Origin: Camelus ferus
Lineage: Eukaryota
Length of the DNA: 64,000 nucleotides
NCBI RefSeq assembly: GCF_009834535.1
Contig: NC_045696.1
Location: 96,288,001-96,352,000 of the forward strand
Direction: 5' to 3'
Shown: piece after piece, positions 26,261 to 39,257 of the stretch
Position numbering within the stretch: the first letter of the stretch is position 1
Layout of the letters: each line of letters begins with the position of its first letter
Notes under the pieces: model-generated
Told to the model about the DNA's origin: nothing
The model's database searches: none
The model's input: the letters and a program-made list of their open reading frames with translations, nothing else
Made by a program: the position numbers and the translations under genes

Positions 26261-26559
26261 TGGTTTAATTTAAAACTTGTTTCCCTTCATCCAAAGCTAT
26301 TTTGAAAATGATTCATTTCGTAAGAAAATGGAAAAAGGTTTACGGGCTACACCACAGTTCATGTATTCCATATTTATAAGATCAAATTCCCCTCAGAAGG
26401 TCTGAATCCCTGAGTAAATCTCACAGGAAGGGTGAGAGCAGCAGAAGTTGTAATGGGTGTTATTTCCATTTCTTCATTTATTTAAACTGACATAAGACTT
26501 GATACAACTAAGAACAATTTGGCAGTTCCTATTAAGAGACATAAAACATTCATACTTCC

Positions 26560-26947
26560 TGTTACAGACTGAATCATTTATTCCCAAAATTCAGATACTG
26601 AACCCCTAACCCCCAATGTGACTATTTGGAGACAGAGACAAAGAGGTAACTGAGGTTAAGTGAGGTCCTAAGGGTGGGGCCAAATCCAGTATGACTAGCG
26701 CCACTCTAAGAGGGAGAAGACCAGAGACACCTGCACAGAAAAGCCCGTTCAGGACACAGTGAGACAGCAGCCACGTACGAGCCAAGGATAGAGGCCTCAG
26801 GAGAAACCAGACCTGCTGAGACCTTGATCTTGGACTTGCAGCCTCCAGAACTGGGAGAAAATGAACTTTCTCAGAAACTCAAATTTCTGTTGCTTACGCC
26901 ACTCAGTTTGTGGCATTTCATCCTAACAGCCCTAGTAGGCTAATGCA
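26560..26947 (+). mobile_element. ERVL-MaLR solo LTR (MLT1A-like)
   Basis: TG...CA ends; cctaacccccaatgtgac.tatttggagacag, ccttgatcttggactt.cagcctccagaact, aaatttctgttg. Confidence 0.9.
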
Positions 26948-27204
26948 CCTTCTAATCAAGTAATACGCTGCTGGGAAGTTATCCTAAAGAGCAAAAGCTA
27001 TGTGCTCAAATATGACCTTGGCCTGTTTATAAATAACCTAAGAAACTGGTAAGAGGCTAACTGCTGAACACTAGCAGCTTCAGTCGACTACAGCGGAAAA
27101 ATGACAGGATGTTACCTGTCAGCTAACTACTATTAATATGAATACTTCAGCCTCAAGGAAACGTGCACACAAAATGTTACTTTTTCTTTAAATATTTAAG
27201 TTAA

Positions 27205-27331
27205 GGAACATGAAAAGTTTTATAGATGGTAGTGATATTTGCACAACAATGTGAATGTATTTAATGCCAAAGAATTATACACTCAAAGATGTTAACATAA
27301 GTTTTACGTTATATTTTACCACAAAAAAAAA
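27205..27331 (+). mobile_element. L1 3' terminus fragment
   Basis: ttgcacaacaatgtgaatgtatttaatgcca...tatattttaccacaaaaaaaaa. Confidence 0.8.
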
Positions 27332-27731
27332 GGGAACACAAATTACAACACATACATAAATGTAGTTGTGATGTTTAAAAGGTATTAAGATTGGAAAAAA
27401 ACAAAACTAAACACACTGCATTTGGTCAACAGAAAAATCTGTAGAAAATGCTTCCATTCTCTTTCACATCACTTAAATATTTCAGTTGATGGTTTAGCAA
27501 ATTGTCAATTACATGTTTGTGTATACATGTACGCATATAAAAAGATCAGAAGTGATATAAAAACTTTCAATAATGGTCACCTCTGGGAAACAGAAAAGAA
27601 GTGTAGAAATTTACTTGTATGTTTGATTTCTTTTTATTTGTATGTATGATTTTTCAATTGAATAAGTATTTTAATATTAAAAAAAGAAATAACTCAAATA
27701 GGATGAAAAATAAAACCTTAAGAGTTACAGA

Positions 27732-27825
27732 GGGGAGGGAAATAGCTCAGTTGTAGAGTGCATGCTTAGCATGCACAAGTCCTGGGTTCAGTCCCCAGTA
27801 CTTACATTAAAAAAAAAAATTAAAA
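27732..27825 (+). mobile_element. tRNA-derived SINE (vic-1-like), short form
   Basis: ggggagggaaatagctcagttgtagagtgcatgcttagcatgcacaagtcctgggttcagtcccca followed by an A-tail. Confidence 0.85.
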
Positions 27826-27929
27826 CAATACAAATAGGAACAGATACTTTATATGTGTGTGTTTGTGTGTACATATATATATAATTGTTAACATAACCAC
27901 ACAGAAAAAAGACTTAATTTTTTTTTTTT

Positions 27930-29090
27930 ACACAACACTGACTACTAAAGACAGAAAGTATGGTAGGACAATTGTAAATTTTACATAGTAATTTTGTTGT
28001 TAGAATGATACTGGTTTAGTTTATTCTGGAACTTTCGATGCAATTGTAAATGCAGAGTAAATGAATAAATATGTTGATATTGCTGGGATCTACGGTTCTC
28101 ACTCTGAAAGGAAGGAGATACAATGATGGAAAAGAAAAAAGGAAAAAACCCTGCGGTACTGAGTTAAAACTGATGGATGGGTGGGTGGAAGGATGAAAGG
28201 AAAGAAGAAAATAAAAAGAAAAAAAACCTAAGTATGTTTCCCATCTCTGTCCACTGACAGGGCCTAGAAGTTACAACCCTCTGGTAGCCATGAGCAAGCC
28301 AGGCATCCAGATCTGGACTGGGGCAGAAAAAGAACAAGATGGCCCTGGACTGTGTTATTGTGTCAAAAGTGAGGAAGTGCTCAAAGAATGGTGGAGATGT
28401 CAAAAGGACCCAAGAACCGGTTAAAGTACTCCCACTGGCCAAATGTGAGCATCAAAAGGAAAACAGAAGATAATGCAACAGATCTTTAGAAGAGTTCAGG
28501 GGTTCAAAGTGATACTGAAAAATGGGATGTCCTTTACAAAAGAAGGCCAATTAATAAATGTATGAGGAATAGTAACTACCAAACCAGCATTTTATAACCA
28601 CAGGCAAAATAAATCATTTAGGAGGAATCATCAATTGATGCTAAAAACATAGGATAAAATTTTATTGGAGGGGGAGGGTATAATAGCTCAGTGGTAGAGT
28701 TTGTGCTTAGCATGCACAAGGTTCAATCCCCAGTGCCTCCACTTAAAAAAAAAATTAATCCATAAATAAGCCTAATTACCTCCCCTACAGCCCCCCCAAT
28801 TTTTTTTTATTGCAGAATAGGGTATTCATATGGTCTCAAGGTATCACCCTGGAGAGATTACTATGAGGAAAAGATGAGTACTTTTGCAGTTTAAAGAGAT
28901 GGCAGACACCACCTTGAGGGATCAAACTTAGTAAAACCAATAATCAAGCAAACTAACATTGCATGTCTCCTGATATGCAACGAAGTCTTCTCACCAAAAA
29001 TATTTCATCTGAATCCTGCCTTGAGGAAACAATCAGACAAGTTTAAAGTACAGGACTAGACTCTAAGACAAATAAATGGACTAAAATGGC
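27930..29090 (+). mobile_element. Old L1 (L1MC-like) 3' region, interrupted by the SINE at 28668-28797
   Basis: Motifs shared with 10300-11000; ggcagacaccacctt..gatcaaactta, gaggaaacaatcagacaa. Confidence 0.65.
28668..28797 (+). mobile_element. tRNA-derived SINE (vic-1-like) inserted in an old L1
   Basis: tagctcagtggtagag...catgcacaaggttcaatcccca; flanked by aattttattg / aatttt..ttattg. Confidence 0.85.
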
Positions 29091-29367
29091 AGTCATGAGG
29101 TTCCCAAAAAAAAGAAACAACCCAACAATAACTAAATGAGGGACCCTGGAGAGCAGCACTGAACTGGCTAAAACACACGACGCAGACAGGGCAGCCAAAG
29201 CAGGCGTGCCTCCTGACTGGGCGCTGGGGCAGGACAGCAGCAAGGGGTTGTGGAGTGGGGTTCGAAAATGGACTCTGGTTTAAATAACACTAATTTATCA
29301 ACATTAGCTACCAAGAGCCTCACATACCTGTACTTTTTCAGAAGTTTTAGGAAACACTTAGCATTAC

Positions 29368-29472
29368 CTTGGATGGGTTAATTACAATATTTCTAGCCGA
29401 GCCATGTTCATCTCCAGTAAAGGCTGGCTGATTGTTGAAGCCTTGTTTTACATTCACAGCAGTAAGTTCATC
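29368..29472 (-). CDS. MED12L: MED12L coding exon 2 (aa 34-68, [35 protein letters not shown])
   Basis: Translated by hand (not in the ORF track). Acceptor ttttctccaacag|GAT, donor AAG|gtaatg; 105 nt, phase 0/0. Confidence 0.96.
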
Positions 29473-31459
29473 CTGTTGGAGAAAAGGTACTGATTAGTTA
29501 GGATATAAAAGCTCCAACTGAAGCCAGCATGCCTCAGCCTGAGGAATGGCAAACTCTGCTGCTATACTCTGTAGAAGAGAACTGTTGAACGCACACCAAG
29601 GAAAGCAGAAGTAGAGGTTTAAAAACTCAATATATGAAACGTGCAGAGAGACAAAGCCAGCGTGGCAAAATGTTAACAACTGTTGACTGCAGGTGAAAAC
29701 TCTTCACTAATAAAGTGGGAGATGGGGGAGACAAACAAAAACGAGAAGCCCCTCCTCCCCAGAAACAAAGTCACAGACTCTGCAAACTAGAGTTATTTCT
29801 AGACAGCCCATAGTTTGACACCCCCTTCCTCCCCTAAGCACATCTCTATTTTATGTTCAAGAAAACTGGTTCCCTCAACTCACCCAAGACCCCACAGTGA
29901 GTTAAAAAGAGAAATGAAGGGTCCCCAGGCACAGCCTCTGATAACCACACAGCACCATGGCCTGCAACTGAAGGAAGTTCAGAGCTTGCCAAGTTCTCTC
30001 ACACATCTTGGCTCACTTCATCTTCAGCAATGCTGAGGTAGACAGCATGTGTCTTCATGCCCCTTACAGATAAGAGTGAGGCTCACTAAGTTCGAACAGT
30101 AACTGGGCAAAAAGGCAGCAATGAAATACTGTCCTCTCGATCCTAGACTAGGAAGAGAAATTTCCATGACACTATGCACCAGAGTACAAATGCCACATGA
30201 AAATGCGGTCTAAAAATACATAGCCACAATTTTTACTCTCTTTTAAAAGATCTCCTACTGGATAGATAAGGAAAACTTTTCTTACCAAGGTCACAACATA
30301 TCAAAAATAGCCCAAGGCATTAAAAAAAATTTTTTTTTAAAAGCCTTGCCCTGCCCAGATCCTTCAGTTATAGAACTAAACTGGAGCTCCCAAGATACAA
30401 GATACAGACTTGAAAGAATAAAAGGGAAAGGTTTGGGTAAATGCAGCTAGCTTCTGCTCCCCTCACTTCAGGCCAAGAAATGGTCTTAAGTGACAGCTGG
30501 GGTAATGGTAGCCACAGCACAAGAATGAGGATATACACTATTCTTCATAAGTAATTGCTGTAAGTGCAAAATGAAAAAAAAATCAACTGATCAAAAAAAT
30601 TCCTGCTATGATTAGGCAGGAAGCCTTAGACCAAAATCATCAATGACATATAGCACCTGAAAGGTCACCTTGGCTGAGAACGGAGGTCTTCTGGAGTCGT
30701 GCCATGTCACTTTACTTAATCGTGTGTGCTCTGCCTAATACGTCGGCAAGCCACTGCTTTGGCGAGCTCTCAAAAGACCCCACTACAGAAAACGTAGCAC
30801 TATGGTAATCAAGTCTCCTCTGAGCACGGAAGGTCGCTGGAATCGTGATCTGCACAGAAAATGAGTTGCATGTACATATCAGAAGACATCTCAAACTGCT
30901 CCCACATTTTCAAATTAATTATTTGGAAATCTAGGGCAAAACTACCTATTGCATATTTTAAGTCAGGAAGGTGTCAATCAACTGAAATAAAGCAAGTGTG
31001 CTAATAACAAAACGCCTATAGTCTCAGAGTCTCAGGAAGAAGAGGGACAAATGGGATCACGAGGGGAATGGGACAAGAAAATTGAATTTTTATCTTTGCT
31101 TTACCATCAGAGTATTACAAGAAACATTAATTGGGTAGAAGCATATGTCTTTACTAAAAAGACATTCTGGCTGAATCAAGAGGAAACGTGCGAGGCCTTC
31201 AGGACTAGTTAGTTCCACTTAGGGCTGCTTCACTTTCGACTCTAAACTAACCCCAGCTCAGCTAGCGGTCCGCTGTGACTGACTGCGATCCACTGGCCCC
31301 GACACACACACACATGGAATCCCAAGAAGGAAAGAACAGGGAGCCATGGTTGCAGGTCTGTCAGCCACATCAGATTTTCCACAAACTGGGATCCACACAG
31401 ATCCTGCTGGGAGCCTAGGGTCCCAAAAACTTTCCAATCTTGTTTTCTAAGTTTCATGA

Positions 31460-32230
31460 AAATACACCCAGAATCCAGCCACTTCTCAGCACCACGACTG
31501 CCTTCCTAGGTTAGGGCCACCATCACCTCATGCTCGAACACCACAATGGCTCCTAACTGGCCTCCTCCTTGCTTCTACCTTTGCCCCTTGAAGGCCACTT
31601 TCAAGCCACTGCCTCAGGGAGCTTAGTAAAACTTTGAGTTCACGTCACTCCTCAAAACCTGTGATAACTCCCCAACTCAGAATACAAGCAGAGGCCCTAT
31701 GATGTCCTGCAAGTCCCTGAGTGACCTGGCCCCTGACACCTGTCTGACCTCATCCCTGACCATACTCCCCTTTGCTCAGCCCTCCAGCCACGGTGGTCTC
31801 CCGGCAGTTCCTCCAGCGTGCCAGCGGGACGTTCTCCAGCTTCAGGGCCTTTGCACTGTCTGCCCCTTCTGCCTGGATCGCTCTTTCCCCTGGTTTCCAC
31901 ATGGCCAACTCCTTGACCACTGTAAGTCTTCGCTCAAGTTTCACGTTCTCAATGTGAAAACTGATGACCCTATTTGAAACTGGAACTGCTCACCCCATTC
32001 CCTTCACCCGAGCACTCCTAACCTTCCAATAATCCATAGCACTTTTCACCTAAAACCCCACATAATTTACTTGCGACGTGTCCTGTCTGTTTCCCCCCAC
32101 CAGAAGGTAAAGTTCGTGAGACCAGGGGTATTTATTTGTTCACGGATGCATGCCAAACACATAAAGCAGTGCCTGGCAGAGCAGACAGAGGCATTTAAAA
32201 AATAATTTGTTGAAATAAAAAGTGAATGAT
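31460..32230 (+). mobile_element. L2 (L2a-like) 3' portion
   Basis: aatccagccacttctca, ctcctaactggcctcc, cagggcctttgcact; ends cagtgcctggca...atttgttgaaat..gaatga. Confidence 0.85.
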
Positions 32231-32554
32231 AACCTGTTTTGAACAATTAACATAAATAAGTACACTCTTAATCACCGCCCCATGACATCGGAGTCCCTAA
32301 TTCTGTTTGGATTTATCACTAGAACTACTTAACCTTCCAGAGCAGGGGCTGTCACCCCATCAAGCCCAAGGCACCATCCTAAAAGGAAATATTTTTAAAT
32401 GCCCTTTTTCCAAGTCTGAAATGAAATTCACAGACAGTAACTCACCAATTTTTTAAAATCAATATAATGCCCTCACTCTAAATTTTTTTTTAAAGTGTAA
32501 GTATAACAAAACAGGTACTTGAAAAGAAAACCCTCCAGCACACACCCTAGACTG

Positions 32555-32710
32555 CCACTACTCAGGAATCGTGGTCCACGGGCCAGCAGCACTGCGCCAC
32601 CTGGGAGCTTGTTAGAAACGCAGAATGTCTGCCCCCCTCCTCAATCACAATCTGCAACTTCACAAATTCTCCGGGTGATGCGTGGACTCATTAAGCTTTG
32701 AGAAGTGGGG
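32555..32710. mobile_element. MER5A-like MITE, degraded
   Basis: gtggtccacgggccagcagca...cacctgggagcttgttagaaacgcaga...tttgagaag. Confidence 0.75.
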
Positions 32711-33523
32711 CCCCAGGAGACATGAACAAATTGGTAAATGTTTATTACTGGACCTAGAATCACCATAATGCAGTCACTACAAAAAAGCAGACTGATACAG
32801 GTGCGCCGTTTGCCATTTCAAATTATCAAGAACAGCATGGCATGAATTTTCTGAAACGGTGAAAAGTCTTGGTAGAAGCTTCACGCTAACAAAATAAAAC
32901 CTTCTCCCAATATATTAAAACACAATAGTCCTGTTCCTTAGAGACTCAGTGTGTATCAAATGTGTATCTAAAGTCACACACACAACAAGCATACTTTGGG
33001 ATCATAAGTAAATAGATTCCTATCTGGGATAGAGAGAAAAAGTCATGAAGGTTCGGTGGCGCATGTGAAAGTCCAGTGGGACGCAGGACAATTCTTCACT
33101 GAGCCCATCGGTCTACACTGAGGACATCCAGCACACCTGGCCCCGCCACCAAGGGCAGCAATCACAGTGACAGCCAACGCCCACCTGCCCCCAGGGCGCC
33201 ACAGCACTGCCGCTCTACAACTGTTCCTGCCTCGGTTTCCTCAGCTGTGAAACAGGGGTAGGGCTAGCTCCTACTGTCATTATCTCCAAATCCCAGTCGA
33301 GGAAATAAAGCAAAGAGGTTCACTAACTTACCCAAGGTCATACAGTGGTAAAGAACTCCAAAGAATCCATGTTCCTAACCCCCACGCTATGTGAAAATGG
33401 CCAGCAATTTGTATTACTACTGGTGTTTGTGTCTTATTCCGGGTTCAAGAAAGTGATAACCTGAAGCTCTGGTCCACACAGAAATACAAAAAATCTGCTG
33501 GGAAATTAAGTCCTTGGCCTGAG

Positions 33524-33706
33524 CAGTGGTTCTCAAACGTCTGCATGCATCAGAATCCCCTGAAGGGCTTGTTAAAACCCAACTGCCAGGGCCCCTCCAC
33601 CAGAGTTTCCATTTCAGTAAGTGGGGACGGTGCCTGAGAATCTGAATTTTTAACAACTTCCCAGATCAGTGCCGCTTATCCAGGGACCACACTTTGAGAA
33701 CCACTG
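33524..33706. mobile_element. MER5A-like hAT-Charlie MITE
   Basis: Perfect 14-bp TIRs cagtggttctcaaa / tttgagaaccactg, 183 bp; internal catcagaatc.cctg.agggcttgttaaaa. Confidence 0.92.
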
Positions 33707-36469
33707 ACGTAAAGATTTGGCGTTTATAGCTTTCTAGAAACCCAGGGCTTCCAGGCCCAGCCTCGGTGCTACACTCACCACCAGGAGGAAACTGGATGCT
33801 CCGTCTTAGCTCAGGAGTAGCTGACCCCCGAGATGGAAAGTCTGGTCAGAACTCTCCGCCACACCCCCTACTCCAAAGGTACAAATAGAAAGCCACACAC
33901 ACACACTCATGGATGGAGGGAGAAAACAAGTCCTGAAGCTTCTCTTTCACTCCTTTAATTTCTCATAGACCCACAAAGAAGAACACGGGGCCACGGAGTA
34001 CTCAACTGCATCAGGAAGCACATGGCTAAAACGGAAGCCTGGAAGGCGCTGCTGCTAGAGCTTACTCGTACAAAGCTTTAGGTCACCTTCCCAGAGAAAC
34101 TAAGTGAAAAGGGGGTATGAACCAGCACGTCACAACCACAACACGCACGCACGCTGATCGTTTACTTTCATGAAGCTTCTGAAAAGAGTGAAAGTCGATA
34201 GCAAGAATCCAAACAGTAAGTTAAGAGTAAGATTCAGATTCCAGAGTGTTTACTATTGTTTAGACAGTGTTTCTCAAACTCCAGTAACACACCAACAGAC
34301 CCCTTTTAAAGGAAAAAGTCTCTGCCCCCAGGATGTGTGAAGAATCCAATTTGGGAAAATGAAGTAGGACGTGGATACCTAATGGCAGCACTGAGGGGTT
34401 CAGAACAAGATGTGATGTGTGTTACATGAACTCAGACTACAAACTCTTATGACATTTTGCTCTGAAGGCCTTTGGCAAAGCTAATCAAGCAAAAATAGAA
34501 GGGAGAGAGTCCAGATTTTAAAACAGCAAGCTTCGAAAATCCCAAAGCCAGGGGACACAAATAGCTTCCTCTTGCATTAGCCTTGACCCTCTTCAAAGAT
34601 TTTTCTAAATAAAAGAGATTAAGTGTCAAAATCCTTACTATGGTCCTAACAGAAGATTTAAACTTGTTTTGCTACATCTAGTCAACCTGTCTTATAAAAA
34701 ATAGAACCATCAGCTGCTACTTTGCCTATTTGCAAAGATGAGACAACTAAAACCCCCCAAAACTTGGGGACACACCCAACCATTAATCAGGGTCTTACTC
34801 AGAAGCCTGTGCTCTGGGCACGGGATCAGCAGTGCCAAACGCTTTCCAGTAAAAAGAACTCCTGACTGAAGGCTGAAAATTTTCCCATTGTAAAATGTGG
34901 AGAACAAAGAGAAATAAACTGCCAGCCATGAATTCAGCGAGTTTTAAGTGTTTTTGTTTATCATTACAGCACCGGGGGCAAAACACTGTACACACATGCG
35001 TGAAACCAAACATCTACTCAGTCAAGGGGCAACGCTAGCTGAGAACATGAACTCACAGTCCACGCCTGGGGGTCTAGGGCAGCGCTCCACCAGATCAACA
35101 GGTTTAAAACAGAATCAGGCCCAAAGTAACCTCAACACAGGAGGACTCTCCCACCTCTTGTCATTGACTTCAACGGAAATAATAAGCCTTAAAGCAATCT
35201 GAGGGAGGCAGGTACTCAGAGGCAGACAGACAAAAGCCTAGAAACTGGCCCATGTTCACGTGGAAGACCAGCGTTCACTCTGCATTTTCGTGTTCTATAC
35301 TGATACAAAAATCAGACCTTCGAAACTTTGGGTGAATTCCAAATGCATTCATCAATCTCGCACATTTACCATGAACTTCAGAGAATGATGTTATTTTTTG
35401 GATCACTTTCAAAGCAATCTTTCAATTTCAATAAAATGTTTCATTAGGAAAGTGAAAACATTGTGATCCTAGTTTGGAAATGGGTTAAGTTCCTTCTCAC
35501 TCGAAGGAAAAAAATAGGTTAGCACAGCTTTCAGTGACCATCTCAAAAGCAAGTAATACACACTCAGGTGCACACACGCATGTGCACACATACTTAACCC
35601 CCAGACTTCTCACTTACCGTACAGAACATATGCAGAGATGCCTGACTTCCTCAGTCACCTACTTGCATCTAACAAACTAACTCAATGACTGTCAATGGAC
35701 TGGACAGAAACGTCCACCAGGGTGACAGTGCCACAGAAGTAGAAAGACGTCCGTCCCTCTAGGCACTAGTCAGGCAGGCTGTGTTAGTTAGGGTCTTAGC
35801 CAAAGCAACAATTTTTTTTTAAAAAACAGCTTTATATAACTATTTTCCCTAGCCCTGTCCACCTCCTTCCCAGAAAAGCATTCTCTGAGACCCCTGAGGA
35901 CGTCTGTAAATCCGTTAGAGGAGCGAGGCTGTGATAATGCCCGTTGTGGACACAGGCAATAAACAGTCTTCAGGCAACACTTCAGAGTTAGCAGGTACAA
36001 AAGAGAAGAAGGAATAATCTCTCTCTCCTCACACCTCATCATTAACCAGTTCCAGCCATACTTCTCCCAAAATGTGTCTCAGATCTATTCTTTCTTTTAA
36101 AACTACACAGCCACATAACCAGCAGCCACTGTCACAGCAGGCCCAGGCCATGGCCCCTCACACACCCTCCTCCTCCGTCTAGACCTTCGCCTGAGTTCAG
36201 CCGGCCCACTGGCCCCAGATGAATCTTCCTGAAACAGGTTTTCTTTTCTGTGCTCCCCAATTCAAGAGCCTCAGAGGCTTTTTTTTTTTTAATTTCCCAG
36301 AAGGAGTTAAAGAATAGGAGCACCTAGCACAGCACTCTGCAGATCCTCAGTAACACCTGTGGGCCTCCTCTGCCCCTAACTCCAGTCACGCAAACCCAAC
36401 TACCCGGGACGGGCATCGGACGCCGTGAGCAATCAGGCTCCGCTTCCCAGTCTCACTTCCCTTCTGGGT

Positions 36470-36680
36470 GTTAGAACCGCAGAGACCTGAGTTTGAACGA
36501 AGAGCCCTCACCTATGAGAGCGAACAGGGGAACCGCCCTCTCTGCACCTCAGCTGCTGCGGTCAACACGTGACAAAAATAACTCGCGGGGCTGAGGTTCC
36601 ATAAGACAAGCGTACAGGCCTTAGCACGGTGCCTGGCCCCATATCAAGAGCTCTATAAATGGCGGCTACTAGTATAAGCA
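36470..36680 (+). mobile_element. MIR
   Basis: gacctgagtttgaa...ctctctgcacctcag...cttagcacggtgcctggc..ataaatggcggctact. Confidence 0.6.
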
Positions 36681-36854
36681 GTTGAGCTTTTTTTTTTAAT
36701 ATATATATTTTAACTTTCATTTAAGCTACTTGACTGTTATATTCCTTCCCATATACATTGTCTTTTCAGCCTCTAAGCCTTACACAAGGCCATTCCCACC
36801 CCCTGGAGTGCACATGAAATCTTCTGCATCTTCAAACCACAACTCAGGACTTCC

Positions 36855-38420
36855 CTTCATTTAATCAACAAACAACTAAGTACACGGCACTGTACAAAGT
36901 GCTGGGGACTCCGTAGTGAGCACATTGCAAGTGTGACAAATGCCCCAAGGAAGAGTACTGCCTGCTCGGAACGCACGTAACAGGGGCTTAACCTAATCTG
37001 AGAAGTCAGAAAAAACTCCCTGAAGAAGTGGCCTTTGAGCCGAGCCCTGAGTCTGAAATAAGAGTTAACTAGGTTAAGAGGAGGACCCTTACAACAGCAA
37101 GGTTGAAATTTTGCATGAAGTGATACAATATTAACTCTACAGACACTGTGAAAAATTAGAGCTGTGTATTATAACTCCTAGAGCAATCACTAAAAAAAAA
37201 AATTAAATAAAAGAAGTGAAGAAGTAAATGAAAATGTCATTAGATAAATTCATTCTTTCTTAACATAGTTTAATAATCCAGAAGAAAGTAAAATGGTAAA
37301 TAAATCTGACCATATCAATAATTACATTAAATGCTAATTGAATGTCAATGGGCTAAGATTCCAATTGAAAGACAGAGATTGTCAGATTGGATAAGGAAGG
37401 AAACCCCAGCCAAATGCTGTACTTTAAGACAGATAAGTTGACAGTAAATTGATGGAAAGTGATATATAGCATGCAAGTGACGAACATAAGAGGGCTGGAG
37501 TGGCTATATTAATATTGGATAAAGTAAACTTCAAGATAAAGAGCACTGCAAAGATAAAGAGGAGCATATCATAATGACAAAAGGGTCAATTCATTAGGAA
37601 GACATAAAAACAATCCCAGGCACGCGTGTGCCCAACACACTCTCTCTTCCAGAAGAGCATGTGTAAAAGCTGCAGGCTGGGAAAATGAAAGAACACGGTC
37701 CTGGCAGGAGCAGAAGGGAGGCAGGTGTGAGGTGAGAATGAGCAGTGTGTGGGTAGAATACACAGGGTCTTGTGGACCAAGTGAAGGACTTCAGCCTTTA
37801 CAAGAACAGTAGAGGGTTTTATGCAGCGGGGCGACAGCATCCAACCTGAATAGGTCCGCAGTGCGGACATCTGATTGGAGCCGGTCAGACCAAATAGGGG
37901 GCCCAGAGGCAAAGTGATGGGGACCAGTGAGAGGCTCTCTTAGGAGCCGAGACATCAGATGACAGTAGCTAGGACCAAGACGGTGGTGACAGAAGTGGAG
38001 AGAAGGTGAAGCGTGGAGGGATATTTAGGGGAGCTACTCAGCAGGGCTTTTGGTGACCTGTTGGATGGGATGACAAAGAGTGAGGCCATCGAGGATGTCC
38101 CCTGGACTTCTGGGACAGCAAGATCTCTTAAGATGGAACAGTAATGTTGGGGGTTTTGGAGAGGAAACAGGAACAGATCACAAGTTCAGTTTTAAATGTA
38201 AGGTTGAGGTAGCTGGTAAAACAAGATGTTTCTTATAGACACTTAGATGTACAGTGTAGAGTGCCGAGAAAGTCGAGGCTGGAGTCATCAAGTAGTGAGC
38301 TGTCTGCATGTAGGTGGTAACTGAGCCGGGGGTCGGCAGGGGGAGGGCTGAGCTCACCCGAGGAGAGGGTAAGTGAGAAGCGCCAACGGCCTACAACAGA
38401 CCCCATGGAACATCCAATTT
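36855..38420 (-). mobile_element. L2, split by the L1 endonuclease fragment at 37100-37617
   Basis: ttcatttaatcaacaaaca start, ccctgaagaagtggcctttgagc; resumes after 37620 with gtcttgtggaccaagtgaaggactt, aagttcagttttaaatgt. Confidence 0.75.
37100..37617 (+). mobile_element. L1 internal fragment covering the start of ORF2 (endonuclease), degraded
   Basis: Decayed ISIITLN..NGL..PI.RQRL.DWI, AGVAILI.DKV.FK and DKE.H.IM.KGSI..EDI motifs. Confidence 0.85.
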
Positions 38421-38934
38421 GACTTCATGGCCAGGCAGAGGAAGAAAAGCCTTCAGAGACTGGGATGGCGTGGCCAGGGTGCAGGGAAGGAAGCCAGGAG
38501 CGCTTTACCTCGGGAGCTGAGGGAAGATGCTGCTTGACCAGAGGAGGGGGCAACAGGTGCAAGTGCAGGGAATGTGGTGCCACTGGCACCCTGAGTGGGG
38601 GATGGCTCGGTGGGATGACGGGGGCAGGAGCCTGACTGAAGCAGCAGAGGAAGAAGTGGGAGGTGAAGGAGACAGTGAGACACAGGAGCCTTTGGGGGAA
38701 GGTTTGGAGAAAGATGTGGAGAGAAATGGGAAGATGGGGTCAAGTTTTAATAGCACAGAAAGGATCCAGTGAAGGGAGTAGCTGAAGATAACAGGAGATG
38801 AGGGAGATGGCAGATGGCTTGAAGTTCCTGAGCAAAAAGGAGGGGACCCAGGATCTCTTGAGCCAGGACCCAGAAGGCAAGGTCCAGTACCAGCCCAGCC
38901 AAGTATGTGTGGAGATGGGTCTAGAGACAGGCCC

Positions 38935-39257
38935 TACAGGCACTGAATCGTGTACCCCAAAAAGGTAGGTCAAAGTCCTAACCCCTATACCTGTGACCTT
39001 ATTTGAAAATAGGGTCTGTGCAGATATAATCAAGATAAGGTCATACTGAATGAGGGTGAAGATGGAGGAGAGATCCGAGTGATGCTGCCAGAAACCAAGG
39101 AAAGCCTGGGGTGACCAGAAGCTGGAGGAGGAAAGACCACTCCTTCTCAAGAACCATCTAGGGGTGGCCCTGCCTCCAGAACTGAGGGAGAATAAATCTC
39201 CATTGTTTTAAGTCAACCAGTTTATGGCATTTTGTTAAAGCAGCCTTAAAACATACC
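38935..39257 (+). mobile_element. ERVL-MaLR LTR (MLT1B/C-like), internally deleted
   Basis: aagtcctaacccc..tgtgaccttatttgaaaatagggtc, ccagaagctgga, cctccagaactg..agaataaat..ttgttttaag. Confidence 0.85.

Noticed and set aside
31484..31504. REST/RE1-like sites (tcagcaccacgactgcc in the L2; tgagcaccagggagcagc at ~55807)
   Set aside because: Left half-sites match, but the GGACAG right half has indels or mismatches; too degenerate to call.
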